This document shows positions 8,027-17,427 of a DNA stretch of 64,000 bases, in pieces (position 1 is the stretch's first letter; every line of letters begins with the position of its first letter). A model generated the notes under the pieces. It saw nothing but the letters and a program-made list of their open reading frames with translations. It had not been told where the DNA came from and did no database searches. Source of the DNA: a virus; the IMG/VR virus record IMGVR_UViG_3300028045_000010, positions 1 to 64,000 of that record, one strand, 5' to 3'. The position numbers and the translations under genes are program-made.

Positions 8027-10459
8027 ATGGAAGTAATTTTACCAGGAGATACCCCCAATGAGGGGAGAGTTAAAATAAACAGAGCTATAAGCGACCTTTT
8101 AAGTGGTAGTTCAATAACTCAAGGAGGAACAAACATCAATACCGTTTCTGGCACTACTCTGTTAGTCCCTTTGTATACTATAAATCTAGATGATGATATT
8201 TCTCTAAATTCTGTTTCTTCAACTACATTAAGTGGTGGAACACTATATTCTGGTTCAACTGATTTATCTAGTATATTTCTCACAACAGCAGACGGCAACG
8301 ATATTACAAGATTATCAGGTGGCACAAATATATCAACTGGTGGCACTGTAAACAATCCTATTATTAACCTTGATGATGACATTTCATTAAATTCTGTTTC
8401 TGCAACGACGCTAAGTGGCGGAACTATATATTCAGGAGGGACAGACCTTTATAATATTTTCTCAACTAGTGGTGGTGGTGGTGGTGGACTTTGGTCTGCC
8501 AGTACGGGTACCGATGCTATAATTATGCTTAATGGCGGTAGTATAGCTTCAGGAGTATTAGCTGTTGCCGAAGGAACTAACACAACTGCAAGTGGAGATT
8601 ATTCTCATGCTGAAGGGCTTAATACAACTGCAACAGGTTCAACAGCACATGCTGAAGGAACTAACACAACTGCAAGTGGAGATTATTCTCATGCTGAGGG
8701 GAGCAGTTCAACTGCTAGTGGATTCGCTTCTCATGCTGAAGGAAGGACTACAGTTGCAAGTGGATTTTATTCTCATTCAGAAGGTGGTACTACAGTTGCA
8801 AGTGGAGATTATTCTCATGCTGAGGGAAATGACGCATTAGCTTCTGGCGGCACATCTCACGCTGAAGGAAGTGGTACAGTTGCAGGTGGAGACGCTTCTC
8901 ATGCAGAAGGAAAAAGTACAGAAACAATCGGACTCGCTTCTCATGCAGAGGGAGAAAATACAATTGCAAAAGGAACGCATTCTCATGCTGAAGGGGTTGA
9001 CACTAATGCATTTGGAAGCGCCTCCCACGCTGAAGGGAATACGACATCTGCAGATGGGAACGACTCCCATGCCGAAGGGCTTGAAACAACTGCAAGTGGA
9101 AATCAATCTCATGCTGAAGGTTATAATACAAATGCTAACAAAACTTATTCTCACGCTGAAGGGAATACGACAACTGCTAGTGGAATCGCTTCTCATGCAG
9201 AGGGTACTAGTACAATTGCTAGTGGAGCAAATGCTCATGCAGAAGGGCTTGAAACAACTGCAATTGGAGCAAATGCTCATGCTGAGGGGGAAACCACAAA
9301 TGCAAGTGGAGACTCTTCTCATGCTGAAGGGCTTAATACAACTGCAATTGGATTTCCTTCTCATGCAGAGGGGAAAAACACAAATGCAAGTGGAGACGCT
9401 TCTCATGCTGAGGGAAGTGGCACATTAGCTTCTGGCACTACATCTCACGCTGAAGGAAGTGGTACAGTTGCAGGCGGAACATACTCTCACGCTGAGGGAA
9501 GTGGCACATTAGCTTCTGGCAGTACATCTCACGCTGAAGGGCTTAATACAACTGCAGTTGGAGCAAATGCTCATGCTGAGGGAAGTGGCACATTAGCTTC
9601 TGGCAGTACATCTCACGCTGAAGGGCTTAATACAATTGCTAGTGGAGCAAATGCTCATGCAGAAGGGCGCAGTTCAACTGCTAGTGGAGGAGCTTCTCAT
9701 GCAGAGGGGAGTGGTGTGGCAAGTGGAGCAAATGCTCATGCTGAGGGGAGCAACACACTTGCAAGTGGACAGCATTCTCATGCTGAAGGAAGGAGTACAG
9801 TTGCAAGTGGATATTATTCTCATGCTGGTGGTAATAGTACAATTGCAAGCGGAGTGTGTTCTCATGCTGGTGGTAGTGGCTCAACAGTAAGTGGTGAATC
9901 ATCATTTATACATTCTACAAATTCATTAGTAACGGGTGATAGGAGTGCTGTTTTAGGAGGTCAAAACATAACTGGAGCTACTGATGACACAGTTTATGTG
10001 CCAAATTTGTTTTCCGTTGGAAAAATGACTGGGACTTACAATTATGTAACAGTAGACAATTCTATAAGTAGAGAGATAGTTTTAGATGAATCTGTATATC
10101 CTAGTAATACTTTGTTCTATATTGATTTGTCAAATGCTACAAATAATATAACATTTCTTTATGATGGAGTCTTAAAGCCACTAACTTTTGGTACAGAATA
10201 TGTTTTTGTTATAGGAAGTAGTGTTGGCTCAGGAGCTGAACTTTTCTTTGATGTATCTAATGGTGAAAATCCATATTATGGCACTGTTACAGCTAGTGAC
10301 GGCACTAAGGCTATTAGAAATTATAGTACAATAGAATTTAATTATGATGTATCAAATACACATGTAGGAGCAAAAATAACATTACTATCTGTCGCAGAAG
10401 AATATATCAGCTCTATTGTAGATACTACAGGGTTGGTAGCAGGTGTTGTACTTGCTTAA
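8027..10459 (+). CDS. Tail fibre/adhesin-like protein with YadA-head (Hep/Hag)-like repeats
   Basis: About 30 tandem 14-aa T-x-A-S-G-x-x-SHAEG repeats; N-terminus ILPGDTPNEGRVKIN shared with the tail spikes at 48-54 kb. Confidence 0.8.
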   Translation: MEVILPGDTPNEGRVKINRAISDLLSGSSITQGGTNINTVSGTTLLVPLYTINLDDDISLNSVSSTTLSGGTLYSGSTDLSSIFLTTADGNDITRLSGGTNISTGGTVNNPIINLDDDISLNSVSATTLSGGTIYSGGTDLYNIFSTSGGGGGGLWSASTGTDAIIMLNGGSIASGVLAVAEGTNTTASGDYSHAEGLNTTATGSTAHAEGTNTTASGDYSHAEGSSSTASGFASHAEGRTTVASGFYSHSEGGTTVASGDYSHAEGNDALASGGTSHAEGSGTVAGGDASHAEGKSTETIGLASHAEGENTIAKGTHSHAEGVDTNAFGSASHAEGNTTSADGNDSHAEGLETTASGNQSHAEGYNTNANKTYSHAEGNTTTASGIASHAEGTSTIASGANAHAEGLETTAIGANAHAEGETTNASGDSSHAEGLNTTAIGFPSHAEGKNTNASGDASHAEGSGTLASGTTSHAEGSGTVAGGTYSHAEGSGTLASGSTSHAEGLNTTAVGANAHAEGSGTLASGSTSHAEGLNTIASGANAHAEGRSSTASGGASHAEGSGVASGANAHAEGSNTLASGQHSHAEGRSTVASGYYSHAGGNSTIASGVCSHAGGSGSTVSGESSFIHSTNSLVTGDRSAVLGGQNITGATDDTVYVPNLFSVGKMTGTYNYVTVDNSISREIVLDESVYPSNTLFYIDLSNATNNITFLYDGVLKPLTFGTEYVFVIGSSVGSGAELFFDVSNGENPYYGTVTASDGTKAIRNYSTIEFNYDVSNTHVGAKITLLSVAEEYISSIVDTTGLVAGVVLA
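8560..9880 (+). repeat. 42-bp coding tandem repeat (SHAEG beta-roll)
   Basis: tctcatgctgaagg and variants recur at a 42-nt period in frame. Confidence 0.85.
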
Positions 10460-10461
10460 AA

Positions 10462-12402
10462 TTACTCTCGAATAATTTTTAGGTCTCTTACTTCTTTGTA
10501 TGAAATATCTTTATCTTCAAGGTATTTCATTACTTTCTTTTTCTGTCTATCTGATGCAAGTTTATTACACACTCCTTTTAATTGTTCAAACTCTAGCCCA
10601 GATTGGTTAATATTAAATCCAATCATAAATTCTTTTATTTCATCCAAACCTCTTTCGTCGCTTTTGTCGTAAATCATCATTAAAATATATCTTCCTTTAC
10701 TTATTCTCGTTATGTATGAGCCTGCACAATTTTTTAAATCTTTTGCAGCATTTAAAACCATTTTTGGAGTTGATAATAGTTTAATTTTTAAATTACCATC
10801 ATATTCTTCTAGGTATTTAAATTTCTTTGCAAATTTTTTAAATTTTTCATTTTTTTCTTCATCACTTAACATATTATAATGTTCAACTATTTTATCATGA
10901 TAAGAATTAATTTCGGATATTGTTTTTATTTTATTAAACTCTTTATTTCTATCCCAATTTAATCCATTAATCATCCTTATTGAATCATCATAATTATAAA
11001 AGCTAAATTGTTCTAAAAAAGAATAGTTTAATTTAACATCATCTAACTTTATTGATTTATCTTCTAGGATTGCTGGACTTGAATCTTCTAGCGCATCTAT
11101 TCCAGCCAACTCTTTCATTCTGCTTAAAGAATAAGATTCTTGAGATATGTTATGTTTTCTATTTACTAAAAAGTCTAATGTAAGAGGTATTATTTGCCTT
11201 AGACTTATCGTATTAATGTCATCTCTAAATTCTATTAATTTAAAAAGAGATATAATATACTGTATATCATACTTCATCACTAGACTTATAAGCTCTTCAT
11301 AAGTTATAAATTTAGTAAATTTTATCAAATTTTTATAGTCATCAAATTTTTCAATTTTATTAAATATAAATTTTGATACAGATTTGTTTTTCAAATCTTC
11401 TCTAACATTAATTTTACCATCAGATATACTTACCTTACTATCTCCTTTAAATCCCCACCTTTTTAAGTCATAGAATATGCTTTTAGATTTTCCGTCCTTA
11501 GATTTATATATAAACTTTTCATCTTCTAGTGTTTCTGAATCTATTTCTTTTTGTATAACTTCATTTTCTAATGAAACTAAAAAATTAAATATATTAATTG
11601 GTGATGTTACATTTTCATCTGACAAAACGGATACATTAGGTAATTTACAGCTATACATCATATCATATAAAAAAACTGTACCCTTAGTTAATGCTATAGT
11701 GGATAGGTTTGAATAGCAAATTATACCAAAAAATATTGTATTTATTTTCATCATAATATCCAACCCAGGCTTTCCTATCATTTGACTCATTAAACTTTCT
11801 ACAATATCCATATTTTTAGAATCAACAACTAGACCAGCTAAATTATTTAAAAAATAATGTATTTCAACAAGATTATCTAGAACTGACAATTCTTCAGAGT
11901 TATAAAACTTTTCTAATATAAACAATAATTCATCTAAATTAAATTCTACTTTTTTGCTTTTTTCATATGATTTGTAAAAAATAGTTTTTTCTTTTTTGTT
12001 AATTGAAATATAAGATTCTAATTCTTTAAAGTTTACATATCTTGACTTCAAGGTGCAAGATGATTTTATTTTTTTCTTATATAAAATTAACTCATCATCG
12101 TTATTATAACATTTAAAATATCCATAAAAATAAGAGTTTGATTCTTTAATTTTTTTTAGATTCTTAGATTTAGAATAATTTATTTTACACTTTGGGCATA
12201 TAACATTTATTGTAGAATCAAATTTATTCATTATATCCTCATCTAAATCTTCATCTAATTCAATAGTTATTTCATCCTTTTTAGCTTTATTGTTTTCTTT
12301 AGTTATTTTTTTACCACAAGAACAGAAGTAAACTTCGTCTTCACCTTCTAAGTGATGAAAGCAAAAATGTTTTTTAATTTCTTTTAAATCTATATCAATC
12401 AT
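10462..12402 (-). CDS. Large PcfJ-like domain protein with N-terminal Cys motifs
   Basis: FCSCG and CPKC at the N-terminus; LKNCAGSY...EQLKGVCN at the C-terminus. Confidence 0.7.
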   Translation of the reverse strand: MIDIDLKEIKKHFCFHHLEGEDEVYFCSCGKKITKENNKAKKDEITIELDEDLDEDIMNKFDSTINVICPKCKINYSKSKNLKKIKESNSYFYGYFKCYNNDDELILYKKKIKSSCTLKSRYVNFKELESYISINKKEKTIFYKSYEKSKKVEFNLDELLFILEKFYNSEELSVLDNLVEIHYFLNNLAGLVVDSKNMDIVESLMSQMIGKPGLDIMMKINTIFFGIICYSNLSTIALTKGTVFLYDMMYSCKLPNVSVLSDENVTSPINIFNFLVSLENEVIQKEIDSETLEDEKFIYKSKDGKSKSIFYDLKRWGFKGDSKVSISDGKINVREDLKNKSVSKFIFNKIEKFDDYKNLIKFTKFITYEELISLVMKYDIQYIISLFKLIEFRDDINTISLRQIIPLTLDFLVNRKHNISQESYSLSRMKELAGIDALEDSSPAILEDKSIKLDDVKLNYSFLEQFSFYNYDDSIRMINGLNWDRNKEFNKIKTISEINSYHDKIVEHYNMLSDEEKNEKFKKFAKKFKYLEEYDGNLKIKLLSTPKMVLNAAKDLKNCAGSYITRISKGRYILMMIYDKSDERGLDEIKEFMIGFNINQSGLEFEQLKGVCNKLASDRQKKKVMKYLEDKDISYKEVRDLKIIRE

Positions 12403-12556
12403 ATTTTAAATATTTTTCTATTATAACTTTTTTTCTATATACTTTTTTTTCTCTTTTAATTTTAAGCATCCACAAATACTCCATTTCTCTTGATTGAATC
12501 AGTTCAATATTTGATTCAATCTTTGAATAATTATGATATAATTCTTTATTATCCAT
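12395..12556 (-). CDS. Small 53-aa protein carrying the YKRxLLIE-type motif (below the ORF-track cutoff)
   Basis: MDNKELYHNYSKIESNIELIQSREMEYLWMLKIKREKKVYRKKVIIEKYLKYD; fills the gap and overlaps the start of the next gene. Confidence 0.65.
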   Translation of the reverse strand: MDNKELYHNYSKIESNIELIQSREMEYLWMLKIKREKKVYRKKVIIEKYLKYD

Positions 12557-12559
12557 AAA

Positions 12560-13087
12560 TCACTTTAATCTATCTTTGGGAAATTTACTTCCAAATATAG
12601 CTTTAATCTTTTTTCTTTTACAGAATACGTCTACTTTTATTTTTTCTGAGTAATTTTTAGGGTCTTGACTTAGTGTCATTATTTCTCCTAAATTTATTTT
12701 TTCCATCAATGAAGAATTTCCAGAACGACATATTTCTATAATTTTTTTCTGGTCGTGTATAGAGTTGCAAAGTTTAATCCACCCCATGTCAGCAGCTATA
12801 TCTATATGTTGCAATGTATGACAAGATTTACATAATAGAACTATTTTATAAGAATCTACATTTTGCACATCACCAGAAACAACATGAATCTCTAAAAACT
12901 CTTTATCAAAAGGTCTTATTCTACATCCTTGACATGTATAGTTTTCCTCTTTCATAATAAAATCTTTTAATTCCTTCCAAGATTCATTACCAAGATAGTT
13001 TCTATATATTTTGTCTGGTTCGGATGTTTCTAAATTTAATTCAAAGTTCTTATCTATTATAGATAATATGTTTTTATTTTTCAGCAA
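12560..13087 (-). CDS. HNH-fold protein (IcmJ/DotN-like appearance)
   Basis: YTCQGC...LEIH...LLCKSCHTLQHIDIA. Confidence 0.65.
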   Translation of the reverse strand: MLKNKNILSIIDKNFELNLETSEPDKIYRNYLGNESWKELKDFIMKEENYTCQGCRIRPFDKEFLEIHVVSGDVQNVDSYKIVLLCKSCHTLQHIDIAADMGWIKLCNSIHDQKKIIEICRSGNSSLMEKINLGEIMTLSQDPKNYSEKIKVDVFCKRKKIKAIFGSKFPKDRLK

Positions 13088-13613
13088 ATCCTATTTTTAT
13101 CTTATTGTCTATAGCCATTATATAACAGTTTTTATTTTCTTCAGATTTGTAAGTGTAAAAATTTGTGGATTTTGATTTTGATTTTTCTAAATTTTCCACA
13201 TAATACTCTCCAATGTTTTCATCCTTTATGTTTGATTCAAATTTTTTTCTAGTTATTTTATTTAACTTATCACTATCTTTAAGGTGTTTAAAATATATTT
13301 CATTATCTTTTTCTTCATTATTTAATTTTGAATTATAATCAAATTTATTAATGAAAAATTTAGATAAATATTCTTGATTGTTTTCTAATATTTTCATAAA
13401 TAAATTTATAACTTCATCTTTTGAAATATCACTAGATATCCATTCTATATTTATTTTAATAAATTCTTTATAAATTTTATTATTATTTATAATTCCTTTT
13501 AAAAATTTTTCATCGAATGAAATTCCATTTTCATGAAAATAAATTCTAAATAAATCTAATCCATTATCATTCCTAACAGTATAATGCCCTATGAGGTCTC
13601 CCAAATCTTTCAT
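13074..13613 (-). CDS. Hypothetical protein
   Basis: Start placed at MKDLGD, downstream of TACATTTG at 13636-13643. Confidence 0.6.
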   Translation of the reverse strand: MKDLGDLIGHYTVRNDNGLDLFRIYFHENGISFDEKFLKGIINNNKIYKEFIKINIEWISSDISKDEVINLFMKILENNQEYLSKFFINKFDYNSKLNNEEKDNEIYFKHLKDSDKLNKITRKKFESNIKDENIGEYYVENLEKSKSKSTNFYTYKSEENKNCYIMAIDNKIKIGFAEK

Positions 13614-13757
13614 ATCATGTTTTTTTTTAGTATAGCAAATGTACAAATATTTTGTTTTAGAACAAAATTAAAAACCTTATTTAAAAAAGTCAATTTTTGT
13701 TTTTTTTTTCTATTTATATGTATCAGAAGAAAATATATTAATTAAATATTTAATAAA

Positions 13758-14792
13758 ATGAAAATTACTAAAGACGAGCTTGTTAACATGATTAAGGAAG
13801 AAGCTTCAAAATTGAAACAAAAAACCATACAAGAAGCAGAAGCGATAAGTGCTTCAGTTAACGTATATGATGTTGACATGAATTCGAATGATGAATTAGG
13901 AGATTCAGATAAAGCGCTAGCATATAAAGACCCATCTAAAAAGATAGAAAAATCAGGTGAATCTGCAAAGATGCCAAAAATGAACCAAAAAGATAATGAC
14001 CAAGGTTCTGATAAAAAAGCTGCTGTTGCAGTTAAGGTTGATGCTGGTTCTAAAAAGGGTGGCTCAAGCCACACTGCTGGTCAGGCTAAAGCTAATTTTA
14101 CTTCTAAGAAAGATGTTCAATCAACAAAGGCTTCTGGGCCATTTGATGATAGAGTTAATGATTTAAAAATGAACTCTGAAGATAAGGTTGTAGATAAAGA
14201 AGTTAAGACTTACGTTTCTGCTGGAGCTGAAAAGTCTGGTCACTCTCACACTGCTGGTCAAGCCAAAGCTGAGGTTCATGAAAGAATGCCAGAAAAAGAT
14301 GCTGAAGAGCCAACTGATAGAATCGCTGCTGGAATAGAAATTGATGGAACTAATGTAGATTTAAAAGAGTCTTATACTAAATCTGGATTAAAGTCTTTTA
14401 TATTATCAGAAGCTAAAAAAGCTGCTAAAAACTATTCTGAAAATCAAATTAAAGATGCTAAAAAATTAGAGCTAGAAAAAGAACTCTCTTTGGTTATGGA
14501 AAGCTTAGAAGAGTGTGGCGTATCAATGGAAGAAGGCATTTTTGGAGCTAGCAAAAAAGAGAAAGAGGAAATGAAAAAAACTCTTGAAATAGAGATTGAT
14601 AAACTTCTTGCAGCAAATCCAAATATAGGCAATGAATGGAAAGGTATAATCATGAAGCAAGCAGAAGATTCTGGATATGCAGGTGAAGTTAAGCCTCACG
14701 AAACATCTAAAGGTAAGTATGCGGGACAAAAAATTCTTCACTGGACCAAGTCAGCTACTTCTGCTGGTGGTTTCAATACTCCAAGATATTGA
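13758..14792 (+). CDS. Putative head/scaffold-like internal protein
   Basis: MKITKDELVNMIKEEA N-terminus; internal duplicated SHTAGQAKA; TATTTAT at 13711-13717. Confidence 0.75.
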   Translation: MKITKDELVNMIKEEASKLKQKTIQEAEAISASVNVYDVDMNSNDELGDSDKALAYKDPSKKIEKSGESAKMPKMNQKDNDQGSDKKAAVAVKVDAGSKKGGSSHTAGQAKANFTSKKDVQSTKASGPFDDRVNDLKMNSEDKVVDKEVKTYVSAGAEKSGHSHTAGQAKAEVHERMPEKDAEEPTDRIAAGIEIDGTNVDLKESYTKSGLKSFILSEAKKAAKNYSENQIKDAKKLELEKELSLVMESLEECGVSMEEGIFGASKKEKEEMKKTLEIEIDKLLAANPNIGNEWKGIIMKQAEDSGYAGEVKPHETSKGKYAGQKILHWTKSATSAGGFNTPRY

Positions 14793-14812
14793 TTTAACAT
14801 AAACACATAAAT

Positions 14813-14843
14813 AAAAAAAGCGACTCAATAGGTCGCTTTTTTT
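14813..14843. terminator. Bidirectional intrinsic terminator
   Basis: aaaaaaaGCGAC-tcaatag-GTCGCttttttt between convergent genes. Confidence 0.8.
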
Positions 14844-14858
14844 ATTTATTTATAATTT

Positions 14859-15161
14859 TTATTTAGATTTTATATCTTCAATACTTTTATAAACACTTTC
14901 CATAAACCAATAACTATTTGTGTGAAATTTTAAATAATTATAAGAGAGTATTGTTTGTTGAATAAACACTAATAGTATTAGTCCAAAAAGAATGGGAGGA
15001 ATTATTCCTAAAAGCGGAAGGAAAAATGTATATAATGTAATTGCAAGAAAAAATATTAAACTAATTATAGAGAATTTTAGTTTACTTTTATATTTTAGAA
15101 CTAAATTTATTTTGTCTTGTCTTTGTTCTTTTTTTAATTGTATAGTTTTTAAATTTTCCAT
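14859..15161 (-). CDS. Hypothetical membrane protein (2 TM)
   Basis: Hydrophobic hairpin. Confidence 0.65.
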   Translation of the reverse strand: MENLKTIQLKKEQRQDKINLVLKYKSKLKFSIISLIFFLAITLYTFFLPLLGIIPPILFGLILLVFIQQTILSYNYLKFHTNSYWFMESVYKSIEDIKSK

Positions 15162-15297
15162 AATAATATTAATTTAATTTATATGTTATTTTAATAAATA
15201 TATATATTAAACGAATATTAAACAAAAACATTACATAATAATGAAAATAATTTTTTTATAACTATTTAATATTATAAAACATTAAAAATTCATAGAA

Positions 15298-16086
15298 ATG
15301 AAAATTACAACATCTGAATTAAAACAAATAATAAAAGAAGAAGCTGAAAGGTTTGCTAAAATAAAAACTTTATCAATAGAAAAAAATAAAATAGAAAATC
15401 AAATCAATGAAATGTACAATGAAGATGTTGATGAAAATGAATCTGTTGAAGAATCTGTTGAAGAATCTGTTGAAGAATCTATGGAAGAAGGAATTGAAGG
15501 TATGGAGCTAACAGAGCCAGTATCAGTAGAAAGTGGTGAAGAAAGTGGTGAAGATAATGTAGATGAATCTAATAGTATAGAAGAAGGTCAGATTACTGAC
15601 ACTATTAAGGATTGGTTTAGCAAAGAAGGAACTAATGTAGAAGATGCGTTAAAAAAATTACAAGAACATGTAATTAAAATGATAGAATCTCATGACATGC
15701 CAAATGAAGCAAAAGAGAAATTGAAAAAGGGAGCTGAAGGATTGGCTAAGAAATTATATGACAAGGCTTCTGGTGCAATTTATGACTATGAACCATACAT
15801 TCATTATTATCCAGCTAAGAAAGCTGAGGGGAGCCGAAAAGGTAGAGAAGAGCAGTGGCAATTTCGAGTTAGGAAAGCAGAGCCAAAAAGTCCTTGGTTA
15901 AAAGCTTTACAAATTATGGTTGGTGCAGCCTCAGACGACCTTAAAGGTAGGGGTTTGAATTACGCAGAAGGTGTAGAAGAAGGAAATATTCAAGAGGCCG
16001 TTAAGTCAGAAGTTAAAAAAGCAATTAAAGCTGAAAAACTTAAAAGCAGAGCTCAAGAAATTATAAAAGAAATGAAATCTTTATAG
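15298..16086 (+). CDS. Putative head internal protein
   Basis: MKITTSELKQIIKEEA N-terminus; ESVE tandem repeats; very acidic. Confidence 0.75.
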   Translation: MKITTSELKQIIKEEAERFAKIKTLSIEKNKIENQINEMYNEDVDENESVEESVEESVEESMEEGIEGMELTEPVSVESGEESGEDNVDESNSIEEGQITDTIKDWFSKEGTNVEDALKKLQEHVIKMIESHDMPNEAKEKLKKGAEGLAKKLYDKASGAIYDYEPYIHYYPAKKAEGSRKGREEQWQFRVRKAEPKSPWLKALQIMVGAASDDLKGRGLNYAEGVEEGNIQEAVKSEVKKAIKAEKLKSRAQEIIKEMKSL

Positions 16087-16105
16087 TACAATCTAAATTA
16101 TAAAT

Positions 16106-16138
16106 AAAAAAGCCCAAATTAATAGTTTGGGCTTTTTT
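16106..16138. terminator. Bidirectional intrinsic terminator
   Basis: aaaaaGCCCAAA-ttaatag-TTTGGGCtttttt between convergent genes. Confidence 0.8.
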
Positions 16139-16150
16139 ATTTATAATTAA

Positions 16151-16489
16151 TTAATCATATTTTTCAATATCTTTTTCCATACTATTAAAAGTTATATTTG
16201 AAATAATTTGCATCTTTTTTTGTATAAAAACTCCTCTACACCATTTTATTGTTAAATATACAAACATTAAAGATATTGGTAATAAAATGTAGAAAGATAC
16301 ATTACATATATTTTCTCCAAAAATATTATGACTAAAGTCTAATGTTGAAGAATAAAGCATAAATGAAAAAAACAATAAATTAATAGAAACTTCCTTTAGA
16401 ATTCTTTTTGCTCTTTTTTCTGAATCTTTAAAAGATGAAATACAATTATCTTTAAATTCTTTTCTTATTTCTTTTTTATCTTTTTCCAT
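16151..16489 (-). CDS. Hypothetical membrane protein (2 TM)
   Basis: Two hydrophobic segments; start placed at MEKDKK; TATTTTTG at 16532-16539. Confidence 0.6.
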   Translation of the reverse strand: MEKDKKEIRKEFKDNCISSFKDSEKRAKRILKEVSINLLFFSFMLYSSTLDFSHNIFGENICNVSFYILLPISLMFVYLTIKWCRGVFIQKKMQIISNITFNSMEKDIEKYD

Positions 16490-16539
16490 AATATTATATT
16501 TTATTGTTATAATAAATAAACGTAAATTATACAAAAATA

Positions 16540-16812
16540 TTACAAATCACCGAAAATATTTCTCATTTGTTCTGCACTCTCTATCTGTATAGGCTCACTA
16601 AGTGGACCTACTGCTCTAGAGATGATTCCTATAGTCGCATTATGAGTTGAAGGGCTTACAACTAAATCATAACTTATAACACTAATATCATTTTCTCTAA
16701 TATAAACTCCAGGACTAATAAATTTTTGTGGTGAATATAGTTCAATTAATAACTTCCTTTTATATACTGTTGATTGAAATTTTAAATGTTTTATCATATT
16801 ACTCTTGCTCAT
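16540..16812 (-). CDS. Small protein: YKRKLLIE motif plus tail-sheath N-terminal fragment
   Basis: FISPGVYIRENDIS...GPLSEPIQIESAEQMRNIFGD matches the start of T4 gp18-type sheath proteins. Confidence 0.75.
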   Translation of the reverse strand: MSKSNMIKHLKFQSTVYKRKLLIELYSPQKFISPGVYIRENDISVISYDLVVSPSTHNATIGIISRAVGPLSEPIQIESAEQMRNIFGDL

Positions 16813-16819
16813 GGTTCAA

Positions 16820-17161
16820 TCAAATTTTATCTAGAAAAGAATCTTGAAATCTACGTCCACCTCTCCTTCTACTCCTTCTACTCTTAGGTTTTTTATAAGT
16901 TTCAATTAATAACACCCTCTTATATAAATCTTCATGATAATGGAGTATACCAGCTGGCAGTTCCATTGGCTGAACAGAAACTAAATCATTTCCTATAGTA
17001 TTGGCCATCACTCGTCTTGCTACAGGAAATGTAAATGCTCCAACCTCAATGCAAAAGCTTTTCTTTTCAATAAGAAGCTCTCTCTTATATATGTTTTCAT
17101 TTTTTGGATGAACTAATTCATACCACCTAGACAATGCTTTATGTACTGACAAATCACTCAA
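16820..17161 (-). CDS. Small protein: major capsid (gp23-like) fragment bracketed by two YKRxLLIE motifs, with Arg-rich tail
   Basis: FPVARRVMANTIGNDLVSVQPMELPAGILHY resembles gp23 VRRAIPNLIAFDICGVQPMNSPTG. Confidence 0.75.
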   Translation of the reverse strand: MSDLSVHKALSRWYELVHPKNENIYKRELLIEKKSFCIEVGAFTFPVARRVMANTIGNDLVSVQPMELPAGILHYHEDLYKRVLLIETYKKPKSRRSRRRGGRRFQDSFLDKI

Positions 17162-17427
17162 TTAATTATTTTTATAAGTCCTGATTTTACACATTTTTCT
17201 ATATTTTCAAAAGTCATAAAGTTATATCTATGAGAAACTGGTGGGCTGCTTGTAAACCAGGAATTATAACAACCTTCATTTTCAGGAGGGTTTACATCTT
17301 CACTATAGAAATATACCATATTCCTATTGATTTTCCATATGTAGAATTTTTTATTTAAAATATTATTATAAATTCCACTAAATGTAATAAATGGAAAATA
17401 TTCTATTATTAAATTTCTTTTACTCAT
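17158..17427 (-). CDS. Small protein starting with the KRNLIIE motif; cargo unidentified
   Basis: MSKRNLIIEYF; overlaps both neighbours, suggesting translational coupling. Confidence 0.65.
   Translation of the reverse strand: MSKRNLIIEYFPFITFSGIYNNILNKKFYIWKINRNMVYFYSEDVNPPENEGCYNSWFTSSPPVSHRYNFMTFENIEKCVKSGLIKIIN

Noticed and set aside
8560-9880. 42-bp periodic repeats as a CRISPR array, and overlapping alternative-frame ORFs (8565, 8837, 8871, 9636, 9674, 9681)
   Set aside because: The repeats are in-frame, degenerate at third positions and encode SHAEG beta-roll units; the shadow ORFs are by-products. No cas genes are present
15436-15490. gaatctgttgaa tandem repeat as a regulatory or contingency locus
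   Set aside because: A 12-bp in-frame unit encoding ESVE in an acidic linker; it cannot shift the frame
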